Source: a virus. From it: a stretch of DNA of 64,000 nucleotides. A model generated the notes under the pieces. The model saw nothing but the letters and a program-made list of their open reading frames with translations. It ran no database searches and was not told where the DNA came from. The DNA lies in the IMG/VR virus record IMGVR_UViG_3300037851_000831, positions 32,783 to 96,782 of that record; one strand, 5' to 3'. Made by a program: the position numbers and the translations under genes. Positions 1-8,966 of the stretch are shown in pieces (position 1 is the stretch's first letter; the number at the start of each line of letters is the position of its first letter).

Positions 1-384
1 GATGTTGAGGAAAGGCTCGCCCATGCGGGTGTAGTTGATCTTGAATTCCTTCGACTTGCGAGGATCGAAGCCCGGATTCTTGGCAACCACGAACATCACT
101 TGCGCGACGATTTCCTCAGCGGTCATGTTTCTCCACTTGCGGAGTTTCGCCGTCGCACAGAACTTGCAGCGCACGGGGCACCCACTCATGACCGACACAC
201 CGACCATCCAACGCTCGTTGCGGTCGCCGAGTTCGTAGGAGTCGAGGCAGTTCTGCTTGCGACCAATGGCATCCTTCGTGTAGAAGGGAAGGAACGTGTC
301 GGTCGTCTCGATGGGATAGCCGTCTTCGGTGTGGAGAAGATAGACACTCCCGTTGGCGAACGTCTTGTGAAGTTTCTCAATCAT
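1..384 (-). CDS. RlmN/Cfr-family radical SAM RNA methyltransferase-like protein (runs off window edge)
   Basis: Not in ORF track. Manual translation MIEKLHKTF...VSVMSGCPVRCKFCATAKLRKWRNMTAEEIVAQV...TRMGEPFLNI shows CxxxCxxC plus the RlmN-like MGEP motif; promoter at 392-420. Confidence 0.8.
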   Translation of the reverse strand, partial: MIEKLHKTFANGSVYLLHTEDGYPIETTDTFLPFYTKDAIGRKQNCLDSYELGDRNERWMVGVSVMSGCPVRCKFCATAKLRKWRNMTAEEIVAQVMFVVAKNPGFDPRKSKEFKINYTRMGEPFLNI

Positions 385-441
385 GGGATGGATTGAATCA
401 GGAAATTAAAAGAAAGTCAAGCCTTTCCGATGACTTTTTTC

Positions 442-747
442 TTAATAGTGCTGCCCACGATAGACGAACACCCACGCACCGTCGATTTCCTCCAACCCGA
501 AGGCAGCGGTTTTATTGCCTCCCTCAAGGTCGAGAATCAATCCGACTTCATACATCAGTTCGGTCGGAGAGTGATAACCGGGTTGCATCTCGAACCGCAA
601 TTGCGATTCGCGAAGGTCGCTCGGCTCGTATTCCTTCTTTCCTCGAAGGGTGTAGAAGACCTTCGCGAGATACGTCGGCGTACCGGCGTACTCGCTCTTC
701 GAAATCGGGTCGGTGTAGAGGATGACTTTCTTGACTGTTTTGTTCAT
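442..747 (-). CDS. hypothetical protein
   Basis: ORF in minus-strand gene run, ATGA overlap with upstream 39-aa ORF (744-863). Confidence 0.65.
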   Translation of the reverse strand: MNKTVKKVILYTDPISKSEYAGTPTYLAKVFYTLRGKKEYEPSDLRESQLRFEMQPGYHSPTELMYEVGLILDLEGGNKTAAFGLEEIDGAWVFVYRGQHY

Positions 748-1072
748 CGCTTTTTAGTTTGTCTGCGTTTCCTGTAGAGAGCCTTCTTGAATACCTTTTC
801 CCATCGGATGAGAAACGCATCAGTCATCCAGATGGAGTTCTGAGTTGGTCCTTTAGTTTTCATCGTGACTCCCATGGCGCGTCTCGGAAATCTCCTGACG
901 GGCGCGGTGTTCTTGGTCCTGGATTGTCGATTGTGGCGAGAGAAACCTCGTTGGCAAACTCTCTCAACTTCCGCGCATCATCAGCGAAGGGGCGACTCTC
1001 ACCCATCGGACCGTTGTCGATGGAGAAGTTCTCCAAACGCTGCGCGAGTTGAAAGAGGTAGAGAATATTCAT

Positions 1073-1318
1073 TTACCAACTGATTGTGGTCCAACTCTTA
1101 CCCTCACGCTGGTCGGATTCGCACTTGACGGTGTAGCCAAGGTCGCGAAGAACCTGAATGAGTTTCGGATTGTCTCCGAGGTACTCGATGTTTATGGCGT
1201 AGTTTCCTGCGGTGATCGCCTGCTTGATCTTGACTTCAATGCGCTTGAGAACGCCATGAATCGTCAGACGCTCATTCTCGGAAGACTGTTTGCGTGCCTC
1301 TTCTGCTTTGATCATCAT
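1073..1318 (-). CDS. hypothetical phage protein (paralog of 56099-56377 and 60963-61253)
   Basis: Own promoter; shared pattern A.EAR...I..A...G...L..LGY.V...SW. Confidence 0.7.
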   Translation of the reverse strand: MMIKAEEARKQSSENERLTIHGVLKRIEVKIKQAITAGNYAINIEYLGDNPKLIQVLRDLGYTVKCESDQREGKSWTTISW

Positions 1319-1362
1319 GGCGAGAATTAGATCAGGAGTTAGAAAAAAGTCAAGCCCTTGTT

Positions 1363-1644
1363 TTAGATACTCTCGGCGTTTGCCTTGAACATCACAGCGG
1401 AACGACCACGGCGCGACTTGTTCTTTCCACGGCTGGTGCCATCCTTGATGAGTAGACCCTGCTTGATCGCACGCTGCACGCGCATGTAGATCGTGATATA
1501 CTCGATGCCACGATTCTTCTGCTGAATCTGCTTGAAGGAGAAACGCTTCTCCAGCGACGGCACCTTGATCGGCGTGTTGCGAACCAGACGTGCCTTGGCG
1601 ACGACCGGTGTTTCAGTGATGACGGGAGCGGTTGCGGTATCCAT
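1363..1644 (-). CDS. small basic winged-helix-like DNA-binding protein (paralog of 22118-22378)
   Basis: Start reassigned to MDTATAP; FSFKQIQQKNRGIEYITIYMRVQ aligns with FTMKQIGAANRGVKYITLYVRVQ. Confidence 0.6.
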   Translation of the reverse strand: MDTATAPVITETPVVAKARLVRNTPIKVPSLEKRFSFKQIQQKNRGIEYITIYMRVQRAIKQGLLIKDGTSRGKNKSRRGRSAVMFKANAESI

Positions 1645-1649
1645 GAGGA

Positions 1650-1853
1650 TTATTTTGATTTGAGTGTGATCTTGAACCAAGGAGTGAGAGTGACGGGCCA
1701 TGCCAACGTTAGAGCGACGGCGACGACGGTAACGATGAATACTGCGAGGAACGGCCAGATGAGGAACACGATGGGGCGAGCCCAAAGGGGAATCGCCACC
1801 TTGCTTTCGGGGCGGCGAATCTTGAGATGTTCGAGGCGGGTCTTTTCTTTCAT
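1650..1853 (-). CDS. small membrane protein
   Basis: Long hydrophobic stretch; in gene run. Confidence 0.6.
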   Translation of the reverse strand: MKEKTRLEHLKIRRPESKVAIPLWARPIVFLIWPFLAVFIVTVVAVALTLAWPVTLTPWFKITLKSK

Positions 1854-2266
1854 GGGAATAGTTTCTTGATGATTCGGCGGATGAAACTCGGCTCTTCGAG
1901 TTCTTCTTGTATCTGCACTTCGGCGGAAGGAAAGTGGTAGACGGGAGAAACGTTCTCTGCCGCAGTGTTTTCGGGAAGGTGGAACAGACTCGCGACACGA
2001 TATACTACACCATCCTGCTCATAGTGGAACCGCAGGGTGATCATATCGTTGGCGGCGAGTTCCCCGAGAATGATGGCAAGACTGCACTTCGCCTCATTAT
2101 CCTCAACACGCAGCATTTTTGCAAGCGTGTCGAATGAATATTCGGCGGGATTCAGAAGAGACTCGTCGAAGATGAGTTTGATGCGGTCAACCATCCACGC
2201 GTCTTTCGAGTGGCGCACGGATATGCCTGCAAACAGCAAATCCTTAATCTTGAGAAGTTTGTTCAC
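1850..2266 (-). CDS. hypothetical protein
   Basis: GTGA overlap with upstream stop; ORF track 1850-2353. Confidence 0.55.
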   Translation of the reverse strand: MNKLLKIKDLLFAGISVRHSKDAWMVDRIKLIFDESLLNPAEYSFDTLAKMLRVEDNEAKCSLAIILGELAANDMITLRFHYEQDGVVYRVASLFHLPENTAAENVSPVYHFPSAEVQIQEELEEPSFIRRIIKKLFP

Positions 2267-2604
2267 TGAAAGCGAGGATTGTGTGAACCGAGCGCGAAGT
2301 TCGTGATCGCCCAGCGCCCGAGCGTATCGCACGCTTCGAGGTAGGCACCCCAATTTTCGATAGCAGCCTTCGCCTCGTGAAGACCCATGCGGGTCGCCGT
2401 GCGAAGAGCCTTGATGGCACCGATCTTGTTGTGCCCGTTGAGGTTGCCCTCGATTTCGGCGATGCGACTCGAATAGGTCGTGCGAAACTGCTTGGTGAGG
2501 TCGCTCTCGGAGAGGATTTTCACATCCACATCCACACCCATGCGTTCGCGCATGGCATCCTGAATCATCTTCGTGGCTTCCGCCATGGTGAGAGTCATAA
2601 TCAT
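2263..2604 (-). CDS. protein with ribosomal bL12 (L7/L12) C-terminal-domain-like motif
   Basis: NKIGAIKALRTATRMGLHEAKAAIE matches the bL12 CTD pattern KI.VIK.VR..TGLGLKEAK..VE; own promoter. Confidence 0.7.
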   Translation of the reverse strand: MIMTLTMAEATKMIQDAMRERMGVDVDVKILSESDLTKQFRTTYSSRIAEIEGNLNGHNKIGAIKALRTATRMGLHEAKAAIENWGAYLEACDTLGRWAITNFALGSHNPRFQ

Positions 2605-2658
2605 GTGTATGAGTAGATCAGGTTTCTAAAAGAAGTCAAGCCTTTCAGACGAATTTCT

Positions 2659-3120
2659 TCAAGAAAGTTTGTAGAGGGTCGGCTTCTTGCCCTTACCCGA
2701 GGTCTCGGCAACGCCACACGCCACACAGTTCGCCTCGACCCACTTCAGAGCGTAGGGATAGGGAACGTTGGAATGTTCAGCAACCTCCCGAGCGGTGAAC
2801 TTCTCCTTGGCTGGCGCAGAGATGGGCTTGGAAGAGAGGGAGCCACGCTTGGCACGAACCTTCACCTCCACAATCGGATTGGCTGTATTGCCTCCGGATG
2901 GCGCGGCAACAGCCTTCCACGGCTTCGCCGGGGATGCTCCAGAAACCACGTAGGAAGGTCCGAGCGGAGTTCCATCCGCAAACGTTCCCACGATGGTCAC
3001 GCCGCAGTCAGAAACGTGCACGACCTTGGCGTAGGAGATGGCACCAACGCCCTTGAACACAACCTCGGAACCCTCCGGAAAGGTATTCAGCGGGCGAACC
3101 TCTTCAATGGTCTTAATCAT
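2659..3120 (-). CDS. hypothetical protein with C-terminal HTH-like segment
   Basis: FTAREVAEHSNVPYPYA...GKGKKPTLYK; own promoter. Confidence 0.6.
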   Translation of the reverse strand: MIKTIEEVRPLNTFPEGSEVVFKGVGAISYAKVVHVSDCGVTIVGTFADGTPLGPSYVVSGASPAKPWKAVAAPSGGNTANPIVEVKVRAKRGSLSSKPISAPAKEKFTAREVAEHSNVPYPYALKWVEANCVACGVAETSGKGKKPTLYKLS

Positions 3121-3152
3121 GGGAATGAGTATGGAGAGTTCTTTTAAGAAAG

Positions 3153-3524
3153 TCAAGCCTTCTGCATCAACTTTCTGACATTATTCAGGCGATTGTTGAG
3201 AGCGTTGATGTACAAGGCGAAATACTTGTTGAGGAACGCATCGTCAACCTTTCCCAAATGAGCCGCGTCAAGTTGAACCCATGTGCGGTCGTCAAACGTA
3301 TCTTCAATCGCATCGACCAGAACAAGATCGTTGACGCGGGTATGGAGGCGCGGAGAAAAATCCTTGACGGCAACATCGAGGTGTCGCCCGGTACGACTAT
3401 CCCGGAAACGCTTGTCGGCGCACCGCACGCGACCGAAAGTGTCGTAGAGTTTCACGAAGACGATTTCGCCTTCAGAGAATTCCTCACCCGTAGGCTGCGG
3501 CGGAATCTTTTTGGTCTTTGCCAT
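3153..3524 (-). CDS. hypothetical protein
   Basis: ORF; stop TGA lies inside the next -35 box. Confidence 0.65.
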   Translation of the reverse strand: MAKTKKIPPQPTGEEFSEGEIVFVKLYDTFGRVRCADKRFRDSRTGRHLDVAVKDFSPRLHTRVNDLVLVDAIEDTFDDRTWVQLDAAHLGKVDDAFLNKYFALYINALNNRLNNVRKLMQKA

Positions 3525-3532
3525 GGTGGTAT

Positions 3533-3925
3533 TTACGGCTTCTTAACCTCTTCAACCTTCGTGATGTAGGGGTAGTACTGAATGAACCACCAGACGGTCT
3601 TCTCACCCTCGACCGTAAGGTTGTAGGTCTTGCCAACCTCCATGACTCCGTAAATCTCATCAGCATTCCAGATGCCGAGAAGAAAGCCGTTGTCAACCTC
3701 GTAGGTGCCCTTGTCGGTCGTCACCATGTAGGAAGACGAGTTCTTACCAGCATCAACGTGCTTGGTAATGACCGTGGCTTCCTTCACAGAAGCCTCGGGA
3801 CCGAATCCACCCGCCCGATTGCACGCACGCAATCCGAACGCGAAGAAGAGAATGACGAAGAGAACAAAGAGCCCACCAAGGATGGAAGCCCAACTATCAT
3901 CAGAACGAGAGCGGTAGTATGACAT
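3533..3925 (-). CDS. membrane-anchored phage protein
   Basis: N-terminal TM helix; own promoter. Confidence 0.7.
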   Translation of the reverse strand: MSYYRSRSDDSWASILGGLFVLFVILFFAFGLRACNRAGGFGPEASVKEATVITKHVDAGKNSSSYMVTTDKGTYEVDNGFLLGIWNADEIYGVMEVGKTYNLTVEGEKTVWWFIQYYPYITKVEEVKKP

Positions 3926-3965
3926 AGTGATATGAGTTAAACAGGTTTCTAAAAGAAGTCAAGCC

Positions 3966-4262
3966 TTAGTCGATCTTTTCTTTGTAGATTTCGACATCCA
4001 CACCGTTGAACTTCGAGAGTTCCATGATGCGGTTATACATGCGAACCCGAGCGGGACCGGTGGAAACCATCTTGATAACCTTCTCCAGCACGACGTTGAC
4101 GGGGAAGAAGTAAACCTCCTGCTCAACCTCGTAGGGCGTGAAAACTTCCCACAGGGCATTACCACCGCCCCCGGAGTCGATGAGGTTGCCGAGTTCGTTG
4201 AAACGGATGCAGACGTAGCGCACGACAGCCGGGCGCGTCTTGGATTTGAATAGTGTGAACAT
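3966..4262 (-). CDS. hypothetical protein
   Basis: ORF in gene run. Confidence 0.6.
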   Translation of the reverse strand: MFTLFKSKTRPAVVRYVCIRFNELGNLIDSGGGGNALWEVFTPYEVEQEVYFFPVNVVLEKVIKMVSTGPARVRMYNRIMELSKFNGVDVEIYKEKID

Positions 4263-4554
4263 ATGAAAAGGTGCAGAGCACCGGGGATTGGAGCCCCCGG
4301 TGCCCCACGGTTGTCAGTCGATGATTTCGATCCGACCGTGAACTTCGTTGAAGTCGCCGTCGAGCACAACTTCGATTCCGAGTGCGGGGCTACCCTGACC
4401 TTCGCCCTCGACCCAAGTGGCACCGCCATCGGTGGAATACTCAATGGAATACGAGTTCCACTGACCAGCCTTCAGCGTTTCCCACTTCTGAACGTTGCGA
4501 ACAAGAATGGTGTTGTTTGACATGCCGATCACTATACCAGCATTTTTTTATTTG

Positions 4555-4857
4555 TCAATGGGTCGAGGCTTTTTTCTTCGACTTTTTTTCGAGCATCCTA
4601 ACCTGATGGTAGTAGCCACTTACCCAACGTTGCCACTCCGTCTTGTCAAACTCTTCGTTCAACTTGGCAAGTTCGATTCTCTCTTCCTCGGTAAGAGGTC
4701 GGGCGATGCAAGCAATTTGCGCACGACGAGCGCAAACCTCTTGAGGAAACACGTAAGGGCATTCATCCCGCGTGTTGGATGAAAAGCCCTCACGGTAGAC
4801 AGGATCGAGCATATCCCGCATGTGGAGTTCCTGCTCAACCTGTTCGAGCGATTTCAT
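4555..4857 (-). CDS. hypothetical protein
   Basis: TAATG coupling to upstream gene. Confidence 0.65.
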   Translation of the reverse strand: MKSLEQVEQELHMRDMLDPVYREGFSSNTRDECPYVFPQEVCARRAQIACIARPLTEEERIELAKLNEEFDKTEWQRWVSGYYHQVRMLEKKSKKKASTH

Positions 4858-5267
4858 TACTCTTCCTCCGGAAACGCGTCGGCTTGGTCTTCCTTCTTAC
4901 CGTAGGCGGGAGGCTCGGGATTGAAAATTTCCTTACCACCATCGGAGGAAAGTTCCGTAGACGGAAGGATATCCCGCACAGCCTTGTAGATGGCAACCAC
5001 AACGGAGTCGTAAGGCTTGCGAGCGGTCTTGCAAAACTCAAACTCCATCTCGTCACGGTCAACGCAGCAGGTTTCGTATGAGTCGTCACCAACGCCGTTG
5101 AACATGATGCGGGAAGCGCCAAACATGGGTTTGGAACCCTCATCACCACAACCATTGCCGAGCGGCACGGGAGAGTTCTTGAAAATCTCGCGAGCCTTGG
5201 CTCTGAACTGCTTCCACTCAGCATCGGTGAAAGCAGGCTTGTTCTTCATGTAATGCGTGTATCCCAT
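4857..5267 (-). CDS. hypothetical phage protein (MGYTHY...FCKTARKPYD)
   Basis: Own promoter, leaderless start. Confidence 0.7.
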   Translation of the reverse strand: MGYTHYMKNKPAFTDAEWKQFRAKAREIFKNSPVPLGNGCGDEGSKPMFGASRIMFNGVGDDSYETCCVDRDEMEFEFCKTARKPYDSVVVAIYKAVRDILPSTELSSDGGKEIFNPEPPAYGKKEDQADAFPEEE

Positions 5268-5298
5268 GGAAGGAATGCTGACAGGTTTTTTTAGAAAG

Positions 5299-5661
5299 TC
5301 AAGCCTTACGCGCAGATTGTTTCACTTTTTCGAGGTCGGCTTTGATGCGCTTCAACTCATCAACGTTGATGTCAATGATTTGAGCCATCATAGGGTCGAG
5401 ACGCTCCCTGAGTGCAAGTTTGCCACGGATGGTGTTGTCGAGGTTGGCAATCACATCGTCAACGGTCCACTTGGGAATATCCGCGACCGGTCGAACGTTA
5501 GAGGCAACGATGAGACCACGCGCCAAGTCGGAAGGGCTGAGTTTCGCCTTGACCGCCTTGATCGCATACTCCACGCTCGAAGCACGCACGGTGTATTCCG
5601 TCACTTGATCGGCACACGGACCAGTCTCGACGGGCACGACATACTCTTGAATTCTCTTCAT
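5299..5661 (-). CDS. hypothetical protein
   Basis: Own promoter; stop within next -35. Confidence 0.7.
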   Translation of the reverse strand: MKRIQEYVVPVETGPCADQVTEYTVRASSVEYAIKAVKAKLSPSDLARGLIVASNVRPVADIPKWTVDDVIANLDNTIRGKLALRERLDPMMAQIIDINVDELKRIKADLEKVKQSARKA

Positions 5662-5701
5662 GACGAAACGTTGACGGATTTCTTTTAACTTGTCAAGCCT
5701 C

Positions 5702-5995
5702 TCAGTGGATTTTTCTTAGAAGGTCGAGACCCCGGTCAATCTCTGCACGCTGCTTCTCCAGTTCCTTGATCTTTCGATCCACCCAGCGAATTTCAAATTC
5801 CGCAATGGAGTAAACGTACTTGAGAGGCAAGCCATCAGACAACCATATGCCGCCGATCTGCTGATCGCCGTTAAGATCGAAAAAACCGGTAAACTGAAAC
5901 GCTTCCCAAATGATGCGTTTCGCATTTATGTATCGGCGACCCATGTAGTACTCGCCGATACGCAGTGTGTCGCGGTCTATTTCTTTGAAGGTCAT
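5702..5995 (-). CDS. hypothetical protein
   Basis: Overlaps RNA ligase stop. Confidence 0.6.
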   Translation of the reverse strand: MTFKEIDRDTLRIGEYYMGRRYINAKRIIWEAFQFTGFFDLNGDQQIGGIWLSDGLPLKYVYSIAEFEIRWVDRKIKELEKQRAEIDRGLDLLRKIH

Positions 5996-7095
5996 TTTAG
6001 AATCTGGAAGACGAGTTTCTTGGTGTCATCCTCCGCGAGCGGCTTGCCGTCGAGAAGTTTGAACGCCATGCCCGAGCGGTTGGTGTTGCCCCACGCCTGA
6101 ATGATCGCCAACGCCGCATCCTTGCGCGGCTTGCCCTTCAACGGCTCCACGAAGGAACGCATTGACGAAAGAATCTTCTCAACCTCCTTGATGGAGTCGC
6201 AAATCTTGGAGATATGCGGAACCGCCATCGTCGCAATCTCGAAGTCGAAGGTATCCGTCAGGAAGTTGAAGAAATCCATGTACGAGAGGTAGCCACCCCG
6301 CTGCTTTGACTCACCGAGGTAAACGTCAAGAACTTTCTCGAACGAAGAAATCTCCGACTTCGCACGGTGGAGATAAAGATACTCCGCGCCCTTCACCTTG
6401 CGAACGTGCTGGTCGTGGTCGAAATAAACGCACAGACCCTCCTTACCCGCGAACGCCTCAACCGACGCCTTCATCTCTTCGATGGAGTTGTAGTTATAAC
6501 GCTGCGGGCGACGGAGACCAAACTCCGCTGCAATCTTGTCGAGTTCACGCTGCGACGTATAAGAATAGTCGTCGTGGTTGATGATGTTCGTGAGAACGAT
6601 ATCAACATCCGGACCGTAGTCGATAACGATACGGTTGGTCGGAGACAACCACTCGAAGACGAGCGTCGCCTTGCCCGCAAAACGCTGCTGGAGACGAAAG
6701 AGTGCGTACGAATACTTCTTCTCGATCAGGTCAATCTCCTGACCGTTCGCCTGCTCACGCGCATTGGTCGTGCCACGGGTACGCCAAATCCAAAAATCCA
6801 AGAGCCACGACAAAAGAAGGGTTGAACCGTCGAGTTTCTCCATCAGAGAAGAACCGTTCAGGTTGGTCGGGATCGGATCAATGTCAGGCTGCTCTTCCCA
6901 ATTGAAGAACTTCTTGTAGGAAAGGGAAACCGGCTCACCATCCTTCGTCCAGACGGATGAGCGGAAGATCAGGTTGTGCTTGTTCCACTTCGCGCCGATG
7001 TGGATCGGCTGAACCAAATAGCACTCAACACCCGCAATCGTATGCGGATGAATCATAAATGACTCACGGTCAATCGTGTCGAGGTTGATTTTCAT
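5992..7095 (-). CDS. T4 Rnl1-like RNA ligase
   Basis: KFFNW, motif I EKLDGS, RTRG, VFEW, EGLCV, RKVK...Y; start reassigned to MKINLD after promoter at 7126. Confidence 0.85.
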   Translation of the reverse strand: MKINLDTIDRESFMIHPHTIAGVECYLVQPIHIGAKWNKHNLIFRSSVWTKDGEPVSLSYKKFFNWEEQPDIDPIPTNLNGSSLMEKLDGSTLLLSWLLDFWIWRTRGTTNAREQANGQEIDLIEKKYSYALFRLQQRFAGKATLVFEWLSPTNRIVIDYGPDVDIVLTNIINHDDYSYTSQRELDKIAAEFGLRRPQRYNYNSIEEMKASVEAFAGKEGLCVYFDHDQHVRKVKGAEYLYLHRAKSEISSFEKVLDVYLGESKQRGGYLSYMDFFNFLTDTFDFEIATMAVPHISKICDSIKEVEKILSSMRSFVEPLKGKPRKDAALAIIQAWGNTNRSGMAFKLLDGKPLAEDDTKKLVFQILK

Positions 7096-7134
7096 GTGGA
7101 AGGAGTGTGGGGATTTTTTTGAACTTGTCAAGCC

Positions 7135-7422
7135 CTACACATCATAAACATCAACTTCGCGATGTTCGATGTGGAGTTCCATCAGACAGCCGTAGGTCTT
7201 GTCACGGGTGCCAGCGAGTTCGAGTCGCTTGGCGATTTCCTGCGAAGCCTTCTCGGGCGTCAGTTCGTAGTAGTAGCAACCCTGTGTCAGACTGCCCCGA
7301 CCATGAAGGAAGCACTTACCGTCAGCCCGAACTTCAATCGTTCCGATGGAGTGGAAGTAGCGATATCCACCCTCGAAGTATTCACCGCCGAGACCCACGA
7401 AGAGCGACTTCATCTTTTTCAT
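7135..7422 (-). CDS. hypothetical protein
   Basis: Own promoter. Confidence 0.65.
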   Translation of the reverse strand: MKKMKSLFVGLGGEYFEGGYRYFHSIGTIEVRADGKCFLHGRGSLTQGCYYYELTPEKASQEIAKRLELAGTRDKTYGCLMELHIEHREVDVYDV

Positions 7423-7479
7423 GGCGCAGAGTATGGCACCATAATAAAAGAAGTCAAGCCTTCCCGTGTAAAAAATCTG

Positions 7480-7719
7480 TCAATTCGTCTTCTTGATTAC
7501 CGATTCCGGAAGCGTCAAGAAAGTAGCCTTCCATGGCGTACCGTCGGGAGTGGTGTGCATCCGATAACAGGTCTCGCCCGGCTTCATCTTGCCCCAAGCA
7601 AGGCGCACGTTCTTCGGCGTGAAGTCGATGATCTACCCCAGCACGAGATTGCGATAACCCGGTTCCTCGAAAGCAACCGTGTCGCCGATGTTCAGGTCTT
7701 GACCGAAGAAATCTTTCAT
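7480..7719 (-). pseudogene. 79-codon gene interrupted by one in-frame TAG (7633-7635)
   Basis: MKDFFGQDLNIGDTVAFEEPGYRNLVLG*IIDFTPKNVRLAW...; fills an otherwise empty slot in the gene run. Confidence 0.65.
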
Positions 7720-7728
7720 ATCATCCTT

Positions 7729-8596
7729 TCAAAAGCCGGGTTTCAAAAGCCTTGCGATGGCTTTCGCGTCGTCGGGATGGGATTTCAGGTTGAGGCTCAC
7801 ACTCTCGCCCCATACATTTACATCCCAATCACATTTCTCCTCGTTCCAAGAAAAGGCGCAGAACCCCGCTGACGTTGGCTCACCGCGATACTTCAATCGT
7901 ACATCGGAGTGCTGGGCGTAATCGCCCACAAGCACGGGTTGATTGACATCGAATATGACGTACTTGATTTTCATACGCGAATTATAGTTCCGTCAAGGGA
8001 AACGTCAGTTCCCCACTTTTCTTTTGCGAACTTGATGGAGTCGAGGATTGCTTCCTCCTGCGTGTCTCCACAACCACGGGCACCGATGGTACCTTGCCAC
8101 TGAACCGAAGCCGTCCAGCCCCTTTTACTTAACGTCAGGGTTAGACGCTTGAACGGGCAAGGGTTGTGGCGATGCGCAATTGTGCGCTCAACCATTTCTG
8201 GAGTCATGCCTTTCATGCGACCATGCGACAGCGATTAACGTGCTGCCAAACCCGGTCAATGGTGTCGTAAACATCACCCGTGCGATTCCACGTCGGAATG
8301 AGATACACGTCAAAACTCGTCGCGAACATCAGCGGAGCATTGCGGCGAAGGTAATCCCGATGATACGTGCCGGGCAAGCCATTCCAATCCCGGTACGGAT
8401 AAATCTCTCCCTTGGGATTCATACGCACCTTGCCGAGAAGGGCTTGACGATCAGCGAGGCGACCCTTGAGAACCGCACGGAACCCGGTGCCACGAACGGC
8501 GCGGCGGATGATCGGGATCATATCCCGGTCGGTCGGGTTGTTCTCCAGCGTGCAAAGATAACGATCGGAGGTGTGGGTGTCGAGATTGCGTTGCAT
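7729..8596 (-). other. three coupled small hypothetical genes (7729-7974, 7971-8216, 8213-8596)
   Basis: ATGA overlaps; one promoter at 8626. Confidence 0.65.
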
Positions 8597-8627
8597 GACG
8601 ACGATTAGATCAGGATTCTAAAAAAAG

Positions 8628-8966
8628 TCAAGATGCGTCAACCGATTTTGTTGCGAGAGTTCCAACTTTCTTTCCATCGGAGAGGAACACGTAATGGTCG
8701 TTGTGGAGTTCAACCGTCCAATTCTTTTTCCACGACGCTGCTTCTCCTAGTTGCTTCTCATGTGGAACCGCACCCGGATCAACGGCTGGCGGGCGACCGC
8801 GACGCTTTGCGGCGACCATCGTCGGCGCATGGGCATCGCGCACGATGGAAGAAGCCTTGGCGATCTGCGCGTCAGGATCAAGTTCCTTTGGCTTGTTCTT
8901 CGAGCCCGGAGGGCGACCCTTCCGCTTGGGCTTTACTTCCTCTTCAAGTAGTTCATCAAGTTGCAC
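8628..8966 (-). CDS. AT-hook-containing putative DNA-binding protein
   Basis: KRKGRPPGSKNK and KRRGRPPA motifs; GTG start inferred. Confidence 0.55.
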   Translation of the reverse strand: MQLDELLEEEVKPKRKGRPPGSKNKPKELDPDAQIAKASSIVRDAHAPTMVAAKRRGRPPAVDPGAVPHEKQLGEAASWKKNWTVELHNDHYVFLSDGKKVGTLATKSVDAS

